The notes beneath the pieces are model-generated. The model had not been told where the DNA came from. It was given only the letters and a program-made list of their open reading frames with translations, and made no database searches. Shown one piece after another: positions 41,509 through 50,325 of a DNA stretch of 64,000 nucleotides (positions are counted from its first letter, which is position 1; each line of letters starts with the position of its first letter). Source of the DNA: Candidatus Moraniibacteriota bacterium (GTDB lineage: Bacteria > Patescibacteriota > Minisyncoccia > Moranbacterales > UBA1568); assembly GCA_023261645.1 (NCBI GenBank), contig JAHFOO010000003.1, positions 31,951-95,950 of the forward strand. The letters are read 5' to 3'. A program made the translations under genes and the position numbers.

Positions 41509-41729
41509 GCCTCAAAAAGTCCGGAAACACCCCTTCCGATTGGTTTCCATCCTAGCTTACATCTCGGATCCTGCGAAGTAGCCTTTTGTTGACTTCGTGG
41601 CTTAATATTGATATATTGGCTTGATCTCAAAATACCGAGATCGTATAGCAGTTGTTTTACAATCCCATCAACCTTTGAGCCACACAACCTGCCTTTGGGC
41701 AGGCCGATGCTCAACAAAGGAGATTCATC

Positions 41730-43070
41730 ATGGAAACACCAAGCGTTTTGATTCGTGACGCACAAGCAGACGATTTCGAGTGGGTCGCCGAACTCATGCA
41801 TAACGCCCTTGAATCGTACTACGGGGGCGATCACCGCGCACATGCGAGACGTATCTTCGATGCGCATATCGCTGGCGGTCACGATCATATCGGATTTTTC
41901 TCGTTCGAACAGCACATGTCCATCCTTGAGGTGGACGGTGTCCGAGCAGGAATCATCCATGTGGTCGGTAAACGTCAGTCGACGTACAAGATCAGCCCGC
42001 TTATCCTTGCGCCAGAATATCAGAGCAAGGGCGGATTCGGAACGATCCTTCTCGACTATGCGGAAGGCTATGCGCGCAAACACGAGGCACGGCAGCTCTA
42101 CTGCACGGTCGCGGAAAAGAACGTGTCCGCCATGCAGTTCTTTCTTCGGAAAGGATTCATCCGCGCAGGGAGCTCAGACAGTCACTACAAGACCGGCGTC
42201 ACGGAAACGATGCTCTATAAGCCTCTTTACGAGACAAGCCTGATCACATCGCTGGATCAATTGCATGTGTCGGTCTTACCGCTTGATGAAGTGGACTCCG
42301 AAGTGAAAGCTGAAGTGGCACGACTTTTGCTCGAAACGCTGCCAAACTCATTCGAGGGTATCACTCCCGAATGGATTTCGGCGCTTTTCGACGGATACGC
42401 GAGAAGGAATAGCGCCGACATCAATGCCAAGTACAAGCTGATTTTTGTCGCTTTCGACAGCACTGGGCAAGTAATCGGCGTGGCGGGAGCGACTCCCAAG
42501 AAAGGGAGTCCGATAAAAATCATGCCCTTCATCGCGAAAAGTAACATCGCGTTCGAAGCACTTCTGATCGACATTCCACATCAGCTGGTTCTGTACGGCC
42601 ACAAACTGTACGTCCACATCAACCCGACCGCCGATGAGGTGGTCTCGCTCCAGCGTCTCGGATGGAGGCTTGACTCGGCCTTGCCAAACGCTTACCGTCA
42701 GAACATCGTTACCCAGCAATGGAGTCTCAACATTGGAGAAACACTCATGCGAACCATGCGAATCAAACAACGGTTTTTCGATCTCATCAAGTCTGGAAAG
42801 AAGCCGCTCGAAGTCCGTGTCGGTTACGATTCGATCAAGCGGATCAGAGCCGGCGAGCAGGTCAATCTCGAGACTCACACATCGAGACTCACCGTCAGGA
42901 TCGCCGCCGTCCGGAACTACGGTAGTTTCGAAGCGATGCTCAAGAAGGAGTCCTTCGGGAAGATTGCGCCGGACGTTTCGTCGGAAGCAGAACTCCTTGA
43001 CCTGCTCAAGCAAATCTATCCGCCAAACAAGGAGGCGCTCGGGGTCATAGTGTTTGAGCTCACAAAGTAG
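41730..43070 (+). CDS. Tandem GNAT acetyltransferase - ASCH domain fusion protein
   Basis: N-terminal GNAT motif A (ISPLILAPEYQSKGGFGTILLDYAEGYARK). A second GNAT-like domain lies mid-protein. The C-terminal 105 aa form an ASCH-type fold (MRIKQRFFDLIKSGKKPLEVRVGYDSIKRIRAGEQVNLE...). The gene is much more GC-rich (about 54%) than its neighbours. Confidence 0.6.
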   Translation: METPSVLIRDAQADDFEWVAELMHNALESYYGGDHRAHARRIFDAHIAGGHDHIGFFSFEQHMSILEVDGVRAGIIHVVGKRQSTYKISPLILAPEYQSKGGFGTILLDYAEGYARKHEARQLYCTVAEKNVSAMQFFLRKGFIRAGSSDSHYKTGVTETMLYKPLYETSLITSLDQLHVSVLPLDEVDSEVKAEVARLLLETLPNSFEGITPEWISALFDGYARRNSADINAKYKLIFVAFDSTGQVIGVAGATPKKGSPIKIMPFIAKSNIAFEALLIDIPHQLVLYGHKLYVHINPTADEVVSLQRLGWRLDSALPNAYRQNIVTQQWSLNIGETLMRTMRIKQRFFDLIKSGKKPLEVRVGYDSIKRIRAGEQVNLETHTSRLTVRIAAVRNYGSFEAMLKKESFGKIAPDVSSEAELLDLLKQIYPPNKEALGVIVFELTK

Positions 43071-43083
43071 CCACAAACCAAAA

Positions 43084-43119
43084 GCCCGGACACATAATAT
43101 GGTCCGGGCCTCTTTTTTT
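43084..43119. terminator. Rho-independent terminator
   Basis: GCCCGGAC...GTCCGGGC 8-bp stem followed by CTCTTTTTTT. A-rich on the other side, so bidirectional. Confidence 0.55.
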
Positions 43120-43459
43120 ATCTTTGAAGTTCGATTCGTATCCCGACTACCCCATACTTTTGCTGCTCTTCCTTCGGATAGAATCGGCTGATTTCTTCAA
43201 ACAAAGCTTCCTTGGAATCTCCGCCAAAATATTCCGGCGGAAAATCCGAGAAGAGATTTTCGAATGAATCATACCGATACAATGCCTTTACTTTTGTCTT
43301 TACTTTTTCCCTAAGATTGTCATTCTGTGAAAACTCGATTTCGTCACCAATATTGATCAATTGACGTTTTTCATCAAAAAGTCGAGATTCGATTATTTTC
43401 TTCCCATTTGCTATTTTCTCAAACGGCTCCTTGGCAAGTTTCATCTGATGAACATTCAT
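43118..43459 (-). CDS. ASCH-domain protein
   Basis: MKLAKEPFEKIANGKKIIESRLFDEKRQLINIGDEIEF fits the ASCH (ASC-1 homology, PUA-like) N-terminal consensus. It is paralogous in fold to the C-terminus of 41730..43070. Confidence 0.55.
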   Translation of the reverse strand: MNVHQMKLAKEPFEKIANGKKIIESRLFDEKRQLINIGDEIEFSQNDNLREKVKTKVKALYRYDSFENLFSDFPPEYFGGDSKEALFEEISRFYPKEEQQKYGVVGIRIELQR

Positions 43460-43674
43460 ACAAAGACATTTATAGGTTAATAATTGAGTCTCTCAGGTTC
43501 AAATCCGGTTGCTGGCCTGGAATGTAAAACCTATATAAGAGGAAAGAAAAATCGCCACTTTCCGTGACGATTCTCTCTTTCTCTCTGGACTTTCCCCACG
43601 GATAGGAACCGGTCACTTGAGAAATACTGATGTTGGCTCTGGCGGCAGGATTCGAACCTGCGACCAAGTGATTA

Positions 43675-44222
43675 CATTTCCCTCTTTGTTTCCAAAAAGA
43701 ATGGACTATATCATCTCCATCGCACGAAGCATTAGGAGTGAGGGGCTTCCCCTTCTATTCATCAGGGTACTCTCTCGCGAGATAGTCTCTGAACCTTCCT
43801 ACTCCTCTAGTAGGCTTGGCTGCTGATTACCATAATCGTGCTGAACAATCGTAGGCTTCCAGCAATTCACCTCATTCTTCACTTCTCGATTTCTCGAGAA
43901 GGCTGCGTAATTTGGAATGTTCTTCTCTGTGACAATTCGCACATATCAGAATACACTTATCTATTTCCTTCTGAACCCTTTCCCAGCTTCGGGTGAGTCC
44001 ATCTTGAGAGATCCCGAAATCCTTTCCGCCGAGAGCGTGATGGAATTCGAGTGCATCTTGACACTGCTTGTAACCACACAAAGAACATTCTCCGCCTTTA
44101 TACATAATCGCTTTTTGACGAATAGCCTTTCGGCGTTTCGCAACAGCGCGTTTTATGTACTCTCGGCGATCAGCATAGGATCTTTTTTCTGGCATATAGT
44201 GTCATATACCATAAATGTTTTC
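43675..44222 (-). ncRNA. Group I self-splicing intron (IC3-like) inserted between anticodon positions 35/36 of tRNA-Asn
   Basis: Minus-strand sequence after the HNH ORF stop contains the four group I core elements. P-like is AATTGCTGGAAG. Q-like is AATCAGCAGCC. R is the exact GTTCAGAGACTA. S-like is GATATAGTCC. The intron starts with G after an exon U and ends in G. Confidence 0.7.
43872..44195 (-). CDS. HNH homing endonuclease encoded within the group I intron
   Basis: CSLCGYKQCQDALEFHHALGGKD...ICANCHREEH is the classic HNH motif with two Cys pairs and HH. The ORF begins 27 nt into the intron and ends immediately before the P element. Confidence 0.8.
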   Translation of the reverse strand: MPEKRSYADRREYIKRAVAKRRKAIRQKAIMYKGGECSLCGYKQCQDALEFHHALGGKDFGISQDGLTRSWERVQKEIDKCILICANCHREEHSKLRSLLEKSRSEE

Positions 44223-44361
44223 ACAGTCACCTGCTCTACCGCTGAGCTACGCCAGAACGTGTTGCCTCTTATAGGCAATGTAACTATTCTAAAGCAAAAA
44301 AAAGAAAAAGGCAACTATACTTGATAATTGCCTCAAAAAAACATTTTATACCGCTGGTATA

Positions 44362-44868
44362 TCAACCGAAAGTGGATTCCAGTCGAGGATGGGAATAATA
44401 AGACTCTATTTTACGTATAGGTCTCCCTAAATCATCTCTTTCGAACAGCAGATGCAATTTTGGACTACCCAAAGCAGCATTATTGCTTACGACGCTATCG
44501 TCGCCGACAAAAAATCCTATATGCCGGTGACCGGGTCCACGTCTACGGAGCTTTTTCCCCCAGACAACAATACATCCGGGACGCGGAGAAGGTATTTTCT
44601 TCTAACCGGACATTTCAAGGTCACGGATTGTTTCATTTACTGTCGTATGCACCCTGCCTTTCGTCAGTCTGAAAAGTGTCAATATCGAAGACACAAAGTA
44701 AGCACAAGCGAGGTCTCCATTCTCGATGACGTCCCTTGGTCCGATGACCGTTTGCACATACAGATGTCTGTATTGATTCGAGCCGACGCTTCCCTGAATC
44801 ATCGCAAAATACGTCTTGAAAAAGGCGAGAGGGTATCCCTCTTCTTTATGAATTGTTTTCATCGTCAT
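44362..44868 (-). pseudogene. CHAP/NlpC-P60-like papain-fold peptidase gene interrupted by an in-frame TAG
   Basis: N-terminal segment MTMKTIHKEEGYPLAFF...GDLACAYFVSSIL...EMSG ends at the TAG at 44602-44604. The same frame continues KKIPSPRPGCIVVWGKK...GPGHRHIGFFVGDDSVVSNNAAL... to the TGA at 44362-44364, giving a Cys...His arrangement. RBS AGGAGAAA precedes the ATG at 44868. Confidence 0.45.
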
Positions 44869-45083
44869 TTTCTCCTGGTAAGGTACTATTGTAAGAACTG
44901 AAAAAGAAAATTTGCCACAGATACTGTCACTCGAAATGAGTGTCTGTACCCATAACGTCTTTCTTCTCTCAAACTCTCGGGAAAGCTTGAGTAAGAAAAA
45001 TATAGCAAATGAAGAGGGTTTTAGCAACACCGAAAGGAGAATTATCAAAAACCCCTCCAAGGAGGAGGGGTTCTGAAAAATCT

Positions 45084-46502
45084 CTAATAGTCTCTAAGTT
45101 TCCGAATATCCGCGTGCTCACGGATCTTTTCGAGAGCCTTGGCTTCAATCTGGCGGATACGTTCACGCGTCACACCGAATTCCTGCCCCACCTCTTCGAG
45201 AGTATGTGTCACGCCGTCTTCCAATCCGAAACGGATACGGAGAATTTTCTGTTCTCGCGGAGTGAGTTCGTCCAAAATATCAGAAATATGCGATTTCAAA
45301 AGTTTCCGTGAAGCAGATTGATTTGGCATCACTGTTTCGGTATCTTCGATGAAGTCCCCGAGCACACTATCGTCTTCATTATCACCGACGGATGTTTCGA
45401 GAGAAACAGTTTCTTGTGAAATTTTCTGGATGTGGCGAATCTTCTCGACTTCGATGTTCATCTCCGCGGCGATTTCCTCTGCCAATGGTTCGCGTCCGAG
45501 TTCCTGTACCAAACGACGGGTCACCTGGGCGTATTTGTTGATCGTTTCCACCATATGCACCGGGATACGGATCGTACGCGATTGATCAGCAAGTGCTCGC
45601 GTGATAGCCTGACGGATCCACCACGTAGCATAGGTAGAAAACTTATAGCCTTTGCGATAATCAAATTTTTCGACAGCTCGGAACAGTCCTATATTGCCTT
45701 CTTGGATGAGGTCAAGAAGCGAGAGATTGTGCGATCGACCGACATACTTCTTGGCAATCGACACGACCAATCGCAAGTTGGCTTCCGTCAGACGCTGTTT
45801 CGCAGGGATATCACCTTTTTCGATCAGTTTGGCGAGACGCACTTCTTCTTCTCCGTTGAGCAGAGCCACGCGTCCGATTTCTTTCAGATACATCTGCACC
45901 AGATCGGACGTATTCTCTTCACCAAGATCCATCATCTTGTCTTTAGCTTTCGGCGCCGCTTTACTTTTTTCTTTACCCTTGTCCTTTCCTTTGCCTTTCT
46001 CTTTTTCTTTCTTACCGAAATTCGCCCCTTCCTTCTCTATATCGAGTTTCAACATTTCTTCCGAACCGATGACACGGATTCCAGATGTCTCGAGTTTTTC
46101 ATACAGACTTTCCAGATGATCCAAATCCTGTTCCACATCGGGCAAGATATGAATGATCTCATCTTCCGTCACGAAACCGCGTTGCTTCCCGCGCGCGAGC
46201 AATTCCGTCACAGCATCTTGCTGTTCTTCGATGCGTTCCCTGCTCTGAGAAGCTCTTTTCTTCACCGGCTTCACATATTTTTTATGAGCGACTTTCGATT
46301 TTTTGGAAACGATCTTTGTTTTTTTTGATGCCGTTTTTTTCGTCTGCTTTTTCTTCACGACAACCTGTTTCTTTTTCTTGCCGATCGGATGAATCTTTTT
46401 CTGCACTTTTTTATGAAGCACCTTTTTGGCAGACTTCTTCATAGGTTTCTTTCCCTTATTCAAGGGTTTTTTTGCACCTTTCTTCATAATCTTTTTTGTC
46501 AT
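45084..46502 (-). CDS. rpoD: RNA polymerase primary sigma factor RpoD (sigma-70) with lysine-rich N-terminal extension
   Basis: Regions 2-4 are conserved ([60 protein letters not shown]). The N-terminal 90 aa or so are about 45% Lys ([21 protein letters not shown]...). Confidence 0.9.
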   Translation of the reverse strand: MTKKIMKKGAKKPLNKGKKPMKKSAKKVLHKKVQKKIHPIGKKKKQVVVKKKQTKKTASKKTKIVSKKSKVAHKKYVKPVKKRASQSRERIEEQQDAVTELLARGKQRGFVTEDEIIHILPDVEQDLDHLESLYEKLETSGIRVIGSEEMLKLDIEKEGANFGKKEKEKGKGKDKGKEKSKAAPKAKDKMMDLGEENTSDLVQMYLKEIGRVALLNGEEEVRLAKLIEKGDIPAKQRLTEANLRLVVSIAKKYVGRSHNLSLLDLIQEGNIGLFRAVEKFDYRKGYKFSTYATWWIRQAITRALADQSRTIRIPVHMVETINKYAQVTRRLVQELGREPLAEEIAAEMNIEVEKIRHIQKISQETVSLETSVGDNEDDSVLGDFIEDTETVMPNQSASRKLLKSHISDILDELTPREQKILRIRFGLEDGVTHTLEEVGQEFGVTRERIRQIEAKALEKIREHADIRKLRDY

Positions 46503-46590
46503 AAGATCTTATTTATTAGAAAATAGCGAAACCCCCTCTTGTGAGTCTCGGATGATTATCATTTATGAATACCGTATCCTAGCAACATTC

Positions 46591-48486
46591 TTAGGATTTG
46601 TCCAAAGAAATTTCCGTGAATTGAGCCAAAAGCTTCTTCTCCAATTCATTATCATTTTTCTCTCGTGCTTCTCTCAATGCTCGTTCCAGTGCGATGAGTT
46701 TCTCACGTTTGGTAATCTCCCTTTTCAAATCTTCGAAATAACTCTTGGCTATTTCGAGCATCTTCCCTGTCCGGTCTTCTTCCGGCACATCGATGAAATC
46801 CGGTAATTCCAAAATATGAAATATCAGTCTCGTCGCCTCATTCTTCAGCACAGAATCCTCTATGAGGGTCAGTGGATCCCTTATTCCTGCCTGAACCAGA
46901 AAGAAGTAGAGGGGGTGTTTTTCGAGAAATGATTTGGTCTCATCATCGAGAAGAAGATTGAAAAAGGTTTCACGGACGACGCTATCCGCATACATAAATC
47001 CTACCAATTCCTCCCGTAACAATTCAGAACGTTTTCCAAATGGAATCGTACCCTTGAGAGGCTCTCCTCTTCCTGTCTCAAATGGAGTATACCTCTCCCG
47101 GCGTTCCCGCGACTGGATGACTGTATTTACTACACCCAGCACGAGTTTTTCTTCCATCTGTATCGCTTCCGAGAGTTCTTTGACCCAAAAAGCCCGTTCG
47201 ATGGGATTCTTCACAAACACCAGAAGCTCGGCGTATTCTTCCGCTATTTTCCGTTTCCCATCAGGCGTATTCTGATCATATTGTTTCAAACTGGTTTGGA
47301 GGAAATACCGTAGTGCCGGAATCGAAGCCTTGACCGCCTCTCTTAGTCCTTCCGGGTTCTCTTTGCCCATATCCGAAGCGTCTTTGCCGGATGTAAGGGC
47401 GACGACTGAGACAATCATCTCTTTCGAGAGTGCCGATTCCGCGCTTTTCCTCGCCGCCTTTTGTCCTGCTCCATCCATATCGAAAAACAATTTCACTTCA
47501 CTACCATAGCGTTTCATCGTCGTCAACTGCTCATCAGTGAGAGCGGTACCGGAAACGGCCACTGTATTTTTGATACCTGCTTGATGCATCGCGATGACGT
47601 CCATATTCCCCTCCACAATCACCGTTATGCCTTCCTGCTTCATCGCCATTTTTGCCTGAAACAAGCCATACAAAGCTCGGCTTTTGTGGTAGACTGGAGT
47701 CTCGGGCGTATTGATATATTTCGCCTGTGTCTCATCGCCACCCGGTGCCACCCGTGCCGAATACCCGATCACCCGACCGAGGATATCAAAGATAGGAAAC
47801 ATAATGCGATCACGGAAACGATCATAGTGAGTAGAATCTTGAGTCTTGAATCTTGAATCTTGGTTTCCTTCGTTGGATTTTTTTATAACGAGTCCGGCGC
47901 TCTCCATTTCTTGCACAGAAAAACCTCTACTCGTGAGAAATTCCAACAAATGTCGCCAACCATCCGGCGCATAGCCGAGACGAAATGTTGCGATGCTCTC
48001 CTGTGAGAGACCGCGTTCGGAAAGATATGTCCCTATTTTTTTCTGTCCGACTTCTCCTGCCAATTGTTTTTCGAAAAATTTTGTAGCCAGCTCGAGAAGT
48101 TCATATACACGGTCTTTGGTTTCTTTGTTTTTCTCTTCTCCTTTGTACTGTGGCAATTCCACTCCGGCACGTTCTGCCAGCATCTTGAGAACTTCACGAA
48201 ATTCGAGGCCCTCCATTTCCATCACGAACGCGAATACGTCTCCGCCCTTGCCACAACCGAAGCAGTGCCACATATTCTTCTCTTCGTTCACCATAAAAGA
48301 TGGTGTCCGTTCCTGATGGAATGGGCAACACGCTTTGTAATGCACGCCGGACTTGTCCAGATGAACATACGATCCGATAAGGTCGACGATGTTCAGTCGT
48401 GCTTTGATTTCGTCAATGGTTCCGTCTGACATAGTATTTTTTATCTCACTGACTGAATAATAGCTCTCAATAGGGCTAAAAAGCAA
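46591..48486 (-). CDS. dnaG: DNA primase DnaG
   Basis: Zinc ribbon CPFHQERTPSFMVNEEKNMWHCFGCGKGGD and a TOPRIM domain. Lies immediately upstream of rpoD, the classic macromolecular-synthesis operon order. Confidence 0.9.
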   Translation of the reverse strand: MLFSPIESYYSVSEIKNTMSDGTIDEIKARLNIVDLIGSYVHLDKSGVHYKACCPFHQERTPSFMVNEEKNMWHCFGCGKGGDVFAFVMEMEGLEFREVLKMLAERAGVELPQYKGEEKNKETKDRVYELLELATKFFEKQLAGEVGQKKIGTYLSERGLSQESIATFRLGYAPDGWRHLLEFLTSRGFSVQEMESAGLVIKKSNEGNQDSRFKTQDSTHYDRFRDRIMFPIFDILGRVIGYSARVAPGGDETQAKYINTPETPVYHKSRALYGLFQAKMAMKQEGITVIVEGNMDVIAMHQAGIKNTVAVSGTALTDEQLTTMKRYGSEVKLFFDMDGAGQKAARKSAESALSKEMIVSVVALTSGKDASDMGKENPEGLREAVKASIPALRYFLQTSLKQYDQNTPDGKRKIAEEYAELLVFVKNPIERAFWVKELSEAIQMEEKLVLGVVNTVIQSRERRERYTPFETGRGEPLKGTIPFGKRSELLREELVGFMYADSVVRETFFNLLLDDETKSFLEKHPLYFFLVQAGIRDPLTLIEDSVLKNEATRLIFHILELPDFIDVPEEDRTGKMLEIAKSYFEDLKREITKREKLIALERALREAREKNDNELEKKLLAQFTEISLDKS

Positions 48487-48543
48487 ATCCTCACGAAGCG
48501 ACTTGCTCCGCGAGGAAGATGAAAATATTTATCCTTCCGTTCC

Positions 48544-49398
48544 CTACTTCTGTCCAACAATCACAAGGATATCAGTACCGGGATTTACTTCTCCATCCGG
48601 GAGTGTCGCTACGATTTTTCCGCCAATAGTTTCTGCAAGCTTGGTAACAAAATCGGCATTTTTTCCCGAGAGATCAATAACCTGTGTCTCCGTATAATCA
48701 CTTTTTACTGCTTTCTCTTTCTTTTCCACTGTTACTGCGGGAAATTTCGCTATAATACTGTCTTCGAGCGTATTAGTGGCACCAATTTTCATCGTCCCAT
48801 TATACAAGGCCAGCCTCAATGAAATAGGAGTCTCTGCCGGTGTAGTCGTTTGTTCGCCGACTACCGCCTCTTTTGGTACGTCTACGGCAGACGATACATC
48901 CGTGACAGGAGCAGTTGCCTTGATGTCAGTCACATTGATTGTCGTAACATCAATAATTTTCCCAGTTGAAGGTCTGTACAGAATGGCTTTCTTCGCATTC
49001 GTATAAAGGAGCACCTTATCGCCATTCTCGGCCCTATCGAAAAAAGATGATTTTTCAAGTTTTGATTTATCATTAATCGTAGCCAGTGTCGGTGTCTCAT
49101 CGGGTAATTCCATCAATTTTCCGATACTATTTTTTACCTGTGCCAATTCATCTTCTGCCGTCTTGGTGACAGGAACATTTTTATACTGAAAATAAAAATA
49201 TACGGCTACTCCGGAGGCAACTACAAATAGAATAAAAAGAGTGAGGAAAGACGAGATGAGAAGGGTGTTTTTTTTCTGATTACCACTTAATGGTACTGAT
49301 TTGACAGTCGCATCTCTCAACCCTTCTCCCTTCTTTTTCGAAAAAAAAGACATATGTTTATTTATTTTAAATTTATCCACCTTCAGTATAACAAACAA
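48544..49398 (-). CDS. Membrane-anchored LytR_C (LytR/CpsA/Psr C-terminal) domain protein
   Basis: Transmembrane helix, then a C-terminal ISLRLALYNGTMKIGATNTLEDSIIAKFPAVTV...DILVIVGQK matching the LytR_C domain pattern. The likely start is the internal ATG giving MSFFSKKKG (49353). Confidence 0.5.
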   Translation of the reverse strand: MFVILKVDKFKINKHMSFFSKKKGEGLRDATVKSVPLSGNQKKNTLLISSFLTLFILFVVASGVAVYFYFQYKNVPVTKTAEDELAQVKNSIGKLMELPDETPTLATINDKSKLEKSSFFDRAENGDKVLLYTNAKKAILYRPSTGKIIDVTTINVTDIKATAPVTDVSSAVDVPKEAVVGEQTTTPAETPISLRLALYNGTMKIGATNTLEDSIIAKFPAVTVEKKEKAVKSDYTETQVIDLSGKNADFVTKLAETIGGKIVATLPDGEVNPGTDILVIVGQK

Positions 49399-49422
49399 AC
49401 TCCCTTCTTTGAAGAGTCTTCA

Positions 49423-50208
49423 CTACTCCGAAACACCTGTTTCTGGTGAAGTGACAACATGAGGTGTTTCAACTGTAGTCTGCCCAGCAACTGGCAGGAC
49501 AGTTTCGTTTGTTTGTACATCTCCGCTTACCGTCCCATCCGTAGGCTGTACCACATTTGTCGAATCCTCCGGCACTACTTGGGTTGATGTATCGTCAGGA
49601 ATGACTGGCGTATTCACATCTGGAGTAACCTGGACCTCCGATGGGCGGATAATGCTTTCTTCTGACGTAAAATCACCAAAAAACTGAGCAAGAGTGTCGA
49701 GTGTCGTACGAAGAAATCCAATCAATGTACGTTTGACGGTATCTTTCACATAATCGGCTTGGGGGAGGTTTTCTTCCATCACGCCAAGAGACTTGCTCAT
49801 CTGTGCTAAATTACTACCAAAGTCATTTACGGCTTGTTCAAAGGTATTCTTTGGTGGTTGATTCTCTTTTTTAGGGGCAACTTGCACAGCAGGAACAATG
49901 ACGATTTTTTTCATTGTGATTCTTTTCTCAGCCGGATCACCATTGACCCAGAGGGTATACTGACCATCTGGAATATTCCACTGCGACAAATCATCCGAGA
50001 AAGAAAATACGCCATCTTTACACGGTGTGCCAGAAGAATAGACTGATTCCTGGTCACTGTTCACGTGAGTGAGTGTGAATTTCACATCCATCGAACAAAC
50101 ACCGGACAATGTCAAGACATTTTCGGTCGATTGCAAAGTGTATTTCTCTTTCGCAAAAATCGGTATCGGAATCGAAAGAAGAAACAAGGCAAAAATGATT
50201 TTTTTCAT
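49423..50208 (-). CDS. Secreted hypothetical protein
   Basis: Signal peptide MKKIIFALFLLSIPIPIFA and a T/P/V-rich C-terminus. No recognised domain. Confidence 0.45.
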   Translation of the reverse strand: MKKIIFALFLLSIPIPIFAKEKYTLQSTENVLTLSGVCSMDVKFTLTHVNSDQESVYSSGTPCKDGVFSFSDDLSQWNIPDGQYTLWVNGDPAEKRITMKKIVIVPAVQVAPKKENQPPKNTFEQAVNDFGSNLAQMSKSLGVMEENLPQADYVKDTVKRTLIGFLRTTLDTLAQFFGDFTSEESIIRPSEVQVTPDVNTPVIPDDTSTQVVPEDSTNVVQPTDGTVSGDVQTNETVLPVAGQTTVETPHVVTSPETGVSE

Positions 50209-50325
50209 GAGATTTCTATATCTTTTTTCTTCATTGTAGCATAAAAACCACATCTTATCCAAAGAAAACCTTTAAATAGAGAGAGAAAGGTGCTATTATA
50301 ACAATGCTCAAAATCTCCATTATTT

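Larger units (their letters stand above)
43634..44256 (-). tRNA. tRNA-Asn(GUU), split by a 548-nt group I intron (5' exon 44223..44256, 3' exon 43634..43674 including encoded CCA)
   Basis: 5' exon reads TCTGGCG-TA-GCTC-AGCGGTA-GAGC-A-GGTGA-CTGT. 3' exon reads TAA-TCACT-TGGTC-GCAGG-TTCGAAT-CCTGC-CGCCAGA-G-CCA. This gives a perfect 7-bp acceptor stem, a D arm, an anticodon stem GGTGA/TCACT with loop CUGUUAA (as in E. coli tRNA-Asn), a T arm and discriminator G73. The splice junction assignment is the only one that gives a 7-nt anticodon loop with an exon U at -1 and an intron terminal G. Confidence 0.75.

Noticed and set aside
41487-41560. Possible second tRNA gene at the distal 22-bp repeat
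   Set aside because: Only the T-loop-to-discriminator 22 nt are present. The flanking sequence cannot form a T stem, D arm or acceptor pairing, so it is a tRNA 3' fragment (att-like), not a gene.
41484-42083. Minus-strand 199-aa ORF overlapping the GNAT-ASCH gene
   Set aside because: This antisense ORF is typical of GC-rich coding sequence. It has no motifs. The plus-strand gene has clear GNAT and ASCH signatures.
43470-43826. Small ORFs 43470..43667 (-) and 43617..43826 (+)
   Set aside because: They overlap the tRNA 3' exon and the structured intron core, so they are treated as RNA rather than coding.
43634-44256. Initial reading of the interrupted tRNA as tRNA-His(GUG) with the insertion after position 38
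   Set aside because: That junction leaves the intron ending in A or U. Only the CTGT|TAA junction satisfies the group I exon-U / intron-terminal-G rule. It yields anticodon GUU with discriminator G73 and U1:A72, all matching bacterial tRNA-Asn. There is also no G-1 or C73 as expected for tRNA-His.
44452-44901. Plus-strand 149-aa ORF (and 44460..44672)
   Set aside because: It is low-complexity and has no domain. It is antisense to a minus-strand frame with clear CHAP/NlpC-P60-like segments and an RBS, so it is spurious.
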